Shown one piece after another: positions 60,172 through 64,000 of a DNA stretch of 64,000 bases (its first letter is position 1; each line of letters opens with the position of its first letter). Both the position numbers and the translations under genes were made by a program. This DNA is from Psammoneis japonica. Its lineage: Eukaryota. A model generated the notes under the pieces. The model had not been told where the DNA came from. It saw nothing but the letters and a program-made list of their open reading frames with translations, and did not search any database. The stretch covers positions 1 through 64,000 of the forward strand of contig QPGO01000070.1 of NCBI GenBank assembly GCA_008632985.1, read 5' to 3'.

Positions 60172-62409
60172 TCACTCTTGACTCGCATCATTATCCACCT
60201 CTGACTGGTCAAGCGTCTCCGTGGAATGCCTTTCTTCGTCTCCTTTGCGACCATCAGTGGATGCGAAAGAGTCAATACTACTTGAATCCTGTTCTGTTTC
60301 CGGAATTATATCCATTTTGGCTTCCACGGCAAGAGTAGCCAACTTATTGACTTGATCAATGTCTTTGTTTGGTATCTCCTTCAAATCACTACCAATGGTT
60401 TCATTGGCTTCTGAAGATGCTTCCGCGTCCGGAAAGTTGGATGATTTTTGCATTGCCAAGTGTGAGTGTATTATTTGAGCTCCACTTTCTAGTTCGAACT
60501 GGCTGCTGCAATTCAAACTCTGGCTTGTTGATCTGACCTCGTTAGAAGCAAGGAACTTGCGCAAGAAATAAATGGCGATCGTTGCTATTGTGTCTGTGCT
60601 GAAAATGATATCACGGAAACGCATTAAGGTTGCTCCACTCAACTTTCCAGTCAAAAACAGAGTAACAAGCCTCAGTATCACAAAGACAGTGTGAGAATAA
60701 ATCAAAGTCCCCAAAGTCTGTGATTCATTGAAATGTTGAGGTACATGTCGTGTCTGGAAGGCTAGAATGGATGCGGACGTTAGCATCAAAGCGTTCCACC
60801 CTACCGCAATGTATTGCCACACTCTGGACTCTGAGTCACAAAAAATACCGACGTCGACAACATGGCTACCATCTTCTGTAGTAGTTCCAGACATGGAGAA
60901 CTCTTCGACTTTGCGCGGTGGGTCAAGAGCAGTCCATATAATCAAGAAAATTACTGCTAAGAACCCAATAAGAAACACGGCTCCGAAAAGGGAACGTCGA
61001 TTCAACTTGACGCGCTTCATTTGCCGTGAGGCCTCCATTAGCTTGTTTATCGCCGCGATTTTAACCAAAAGCGGCACCAGCTCAAGAGTGTAACCAATGT
61101 TGATGAACCAAATCTTGGTAACGCAGGAAGCATCAGAAGGTGTGACACCGTTCACTACGGCTCCCACGGAAATCATCAAGGACCCAACCAATAGCAGCGA
61201 TAGAAAATCGACTTGAGCATAGACAATCGCACGCCGCTTTCGCTGTACCCACAAGATGACGGCTGTGACAATACTCATAAGAATCGCAAGACTTCCCAGC
61301 GACAGGGCAGCGTACACTAGACCTGAGGTGGTTTCTTCGCGCACTATTCTTGGGTACGTATTCGGGACAAACTCGAGAAGTTCGTCCAAATTGTCCACCG
61401 CCCATCTGCAAATAGCTTCTCTCGGCGTTGGTTCTCGTTCCCAATAATCAAATATATCTCCCAATTGCTCTCGTGTCATTTGTAGATTTGACAGCAATTG
61501 ATACGCGGGACTCTGAGCAGCTTCTGGTATCGACGAATCATATATTGCATTATACAGTCCAGACGAGAATACTTTTGACAAGGGATCGGGTGGAAGGTCG
61601 CATGCCCCGCGGGCATCTCCTACCCTTGAAGTGAAGTCACGAGAGCATTTATCGGCTAGCGGGACTCTGTTTTCAATGCATTCTTGTGTAGGACTTGGCA
61701 GTGCGACCTTGTGAAACTCAGCATCTGTCCCTTGAAATAACTCAACCAGTGCATCAGGCTGCCACCAAATCATAATTACATCTGATTTTGTGGCATTGGC
61801 TGCCCTCCATATTTCTGTCATCTGGAGGTATGTATAGTAAGTGTAATTCAAATCCTCCAGATCTGTGTCCAGTGCGATGTCCAAATGATGCTGCTGCTGC
61901 TCAACAAAACTGGTCCAATCGCATGGATAGTCAACAATAAACCCGGTGCAGGTTGTGTTGTTCAAATCACAATCATTTTTCTCCGTCTTTCGAAAGTAGC
62001 CAGTAAAAAGACCTTCCACAAACATGCGTGCGTTCTCGCTTTCATTGTGAGGAGCACGTTGCGCTACGTCATCCGCTGATTTACAATTGTCTTGAGATAT
62101 CAAATCGCAATATTGTTTCCAAGAAGTAGGCCTCAGAAATGTTTCAGCCATCTTTCTTCGATACTTTTCTCCCTGCATACCCAGATACGTGCCAAGCGTA
62201 GGGTCTCGCTCCAAAGTGAACTTTGGTACATGCCAACCTTCCTGTGCAAAGATCCCCAGAGCTTGCGGATTCTCAAGCTGGCCCTCTATTACCAACTCGC
62301 GAAACTCGGGCACATTGGTATCCCATCCCTCAGGAATCACATGGGCACAGGCCTGATAGCTTGTAGGGTCCCGGTTCACCAGTCGGCAATCCTCCACCTC
62401 GGTAGCCAT
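60172..62409 (-). CDS. Class C (GABA-B-like) 7TM receptor with a large extracellular domain, probably 5'-truncated
   Basis: Seven hydrophobic segments and AFQTRHVPQHFNES. No signal peptide; an in-frame TAA and relic DNA lie just upstream. Confidence 0.78.
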   Translation of the reverse strand: MATEVEDCRLVNRDPTSYQACAHVIPEGWDTNVPEFRELVIEGQLENPQALGIFAQEGWHVPKFTLERDPTLGTYLGMQGEKYRRKMAETFLRPTSWKQYCDLISQDNCKSADDVAQRAPHNESENARMFVEGLFTGYFRKTEKNDCDLNNTTCTGFIVDYPCDWTSFVEQQQHHLDIALDTDLEDLNYTYYTYLQMTEIWRAANATKSDVIMIWWQPDALVELFQGTDAEFHKVALPSPTQECIENRVPLADKCSRDFTSRVGDARGACDLPPDPLSKVFSSGLYNAIYDSSIPEAAQSPAYQLLSNLQMTREQLGDIFDYWEREPTPREAICRWAVDNLDELLEFVPNTYPRIVREETTSGLVYAALSLGSLAILMSIVTAVILWVQRKRRAIVYAQVDFLSLLLVGSLMISVGAVVNGVTPSDASCVTKIWFINIGYTLELVPLLVKIAAINKLMEASRQMKRVKLNRRSLFGAVFLIGFLAVIFLIIWTALDPPRKVEEFSMSGTTTEDGSHVVDVGIFCDSESRVWQYIAVGWNALMLTSASILAFQTRHVPQHFNESQTLGTLIYSHTVFVILRLVTLFLTGKLSGATLMRFRDIIFSTDTIATIAIYFLRKFLASNEVRSTSQSLNCSSQFELESGAQIIHSHLAMQKSSNFPDAEASSEANETIGSDLKEIPNKDIDQVNKLATLAVEAKMDIIPETEQDSSSIDSFASTDGRKGDEERHSTETLDQSEVDNDASQE

Positions 62410-62479
62410 GGCCAGTACATCCCAATGGTTTGTCGCACCGTAATTTTAATCAATAACGTACATGTGTATCTATTCAGAC

Positions 62480-64000
62480 AAATGCATCCTGCAAGCTGCA
62501 CAGCAGCTTCAACAAAAAAATGAAGTGGAAATAAAAAATGGAAAACAGACAGAGATTTGGCAAGAGAAGGCAAATGTTTCAGTGCACGTGTGCCAACAAC
62601 AACGCAACTTTTGACCGCACAGTGACTGCACCATGGACTCGGTCGCATGCAAATTGAGGATGGATCCACGGTGGTGAGGGCGGATGTTTGGGGGCAACGA
62701 ATTTCCCGCACTTTGCCGTGTCATTTGGACCTCTCTCGGAACACCCCCAAACACTTGTGTGTTCGACCAACCCTCATCAGGGCTGTTAGACCACTGTGAG
62801 AGCTGCATGTCTGAAGCTTCAAATGCCACTTGTCGGCCTGTGCCCTGTTGCTGCATTGAAGCTGCCGCTAAATTTCGCCAAAATCGCGGCGCAGTTGTGC
62901 AGACAAGCGCCACAACTTTCCAGGAAATGCCGACCATTGGCATTTGACTGGCCACAGACACATCTGCAGTTGTTGAGCTGGAGATCACGCATGGTCATGA
63001 CCATCGCCAATGCACTTTGTGATGTCCCAGATGTGAACAAAGTTCGACCCATTGCTGGAATTTATTTTGGCGAATGCGTGTGCATTTTGTGCGATGAATT
63101 CGGGTTGTTTGCAAAAAATTGATGGGTCCACAAATGTCTGCCATCACCCCCATGGATCCATCGTCAACCGAAACTAGACTGGCAAGCGCTGAGTGTTTGT
63201 GTGGCACCACAAGGCAACAACATGAGGGTGCGCAGCCAGTCTGACGGCGTTGTTTGTTTTTTCATCGTCAGGGCCAAGGCAAATGGTGTGCTCCATTTCT
63301 GATGCATTCAGACACAAGGATTTTTGCTTGATCATGTCCTTTCATGCCAAAATGTTGCAGCATCTTTTGTGATGTTTGCCACAGTGGCAAGTGCCAAAGG
63401 CGTGCAGCGGCATTGGCCAATGAGCAAAAAAGGTGACAGCAATCTTTTGCAATGTTTGTCAAAGTTGTGAGAGCCAAAGATGCGCAGTGCTGGGAAGTGA
63501 GCAAAAGGCCACAGCATTTTTTGTGATGTTTGTCACAGCAGCAAGCTGAAGATTCGCAGAGTTGGGAAAACAGCACATGCCTTTGATCCGCTGTTGGTGC
63601 TGTTTTTTGTTTTTGTTCCAACATTTCTGTGTTTCTTGCTTTTTCACACAGTTGAGGGTGATTTTTGCGTGCCACTTCACTGCTGAAAGAAGAGGTCACA
63701 GTTTTTTTTGCAGCAACACCAATGTGACAAGGAGGGCCTCCTCAGCAATGGTGACAGAGTGCTTTGGCACATTGTTGACCCCAGGTCTCTTGCACACCAT
63801 GCTGTTGCACCTTGACAGCTGTCAGCATGCGGGCAGCAGCAGCAACAACAAGATCAGCAGTGCAGCAGGTGACTGAGCAGCATCAGGGTCAGCAACAGCT
63901 TGTGGCAGTGGAGCCATGGTGATGAGAGTGAAAGAGAGCAGACAACCTTGATCTTGAAGCAGAAGCTGTTTGCTTTTTGTTCTTTCAGCTCTTTCAGACT
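62480..64000. repeat. TpA/CpG-depleted relic DNA, unclassified
   Basis: Only a few TA in 1.5 kb; TG/CA-rich. Confidence 0.55.

Overview
Eukaryotic nuclear DNA, most likely from a diatom or related stramenopile, judged from ASAFAP-type bipartite plastid presequences, short GT-AG introns and diatom-type Copia/Gypsy elements. The window alternates between two kinds of sequence. Gene islands hold a rhodanese, an AlkD-like glycosylase, an Fe-type SOD, dapL, a methyltransferase-sulfotransferase, four lumenal PKDCC-like kinases, an AAA-ATPase/PD-(D/E)XK nuclease, a thioredoxin-like protein, a TopA-HMG fusion, a WD40 protein and a class C GPCR. Transposon blocks hold two head-to-head Copia copies forming a 4.2-kb inverted repeat, a Gypsy element, a gag-only LTR element, a piggyBac and unrecognisable relics. 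The main signal is that retroelement and relic DNA is almost free of the TpA dinucleotide. Conserved Tyr codons have become Cys (TGY) in one copy and His (CAY) in its sister copy. One Gypsy LTR keeps 7 TpA sites that are TG or CA in the other LTR. This points to a post-insertion, double-stranded, transposon-targeted TpA->TpG/CpA (A:T->G:C) hypermutation, the opposite direction to fungal RIP, acting alongside CpG decay. Host genes, a recent gene duplication and the piggyBac are spared. All counts are by eye and no database searches were run.
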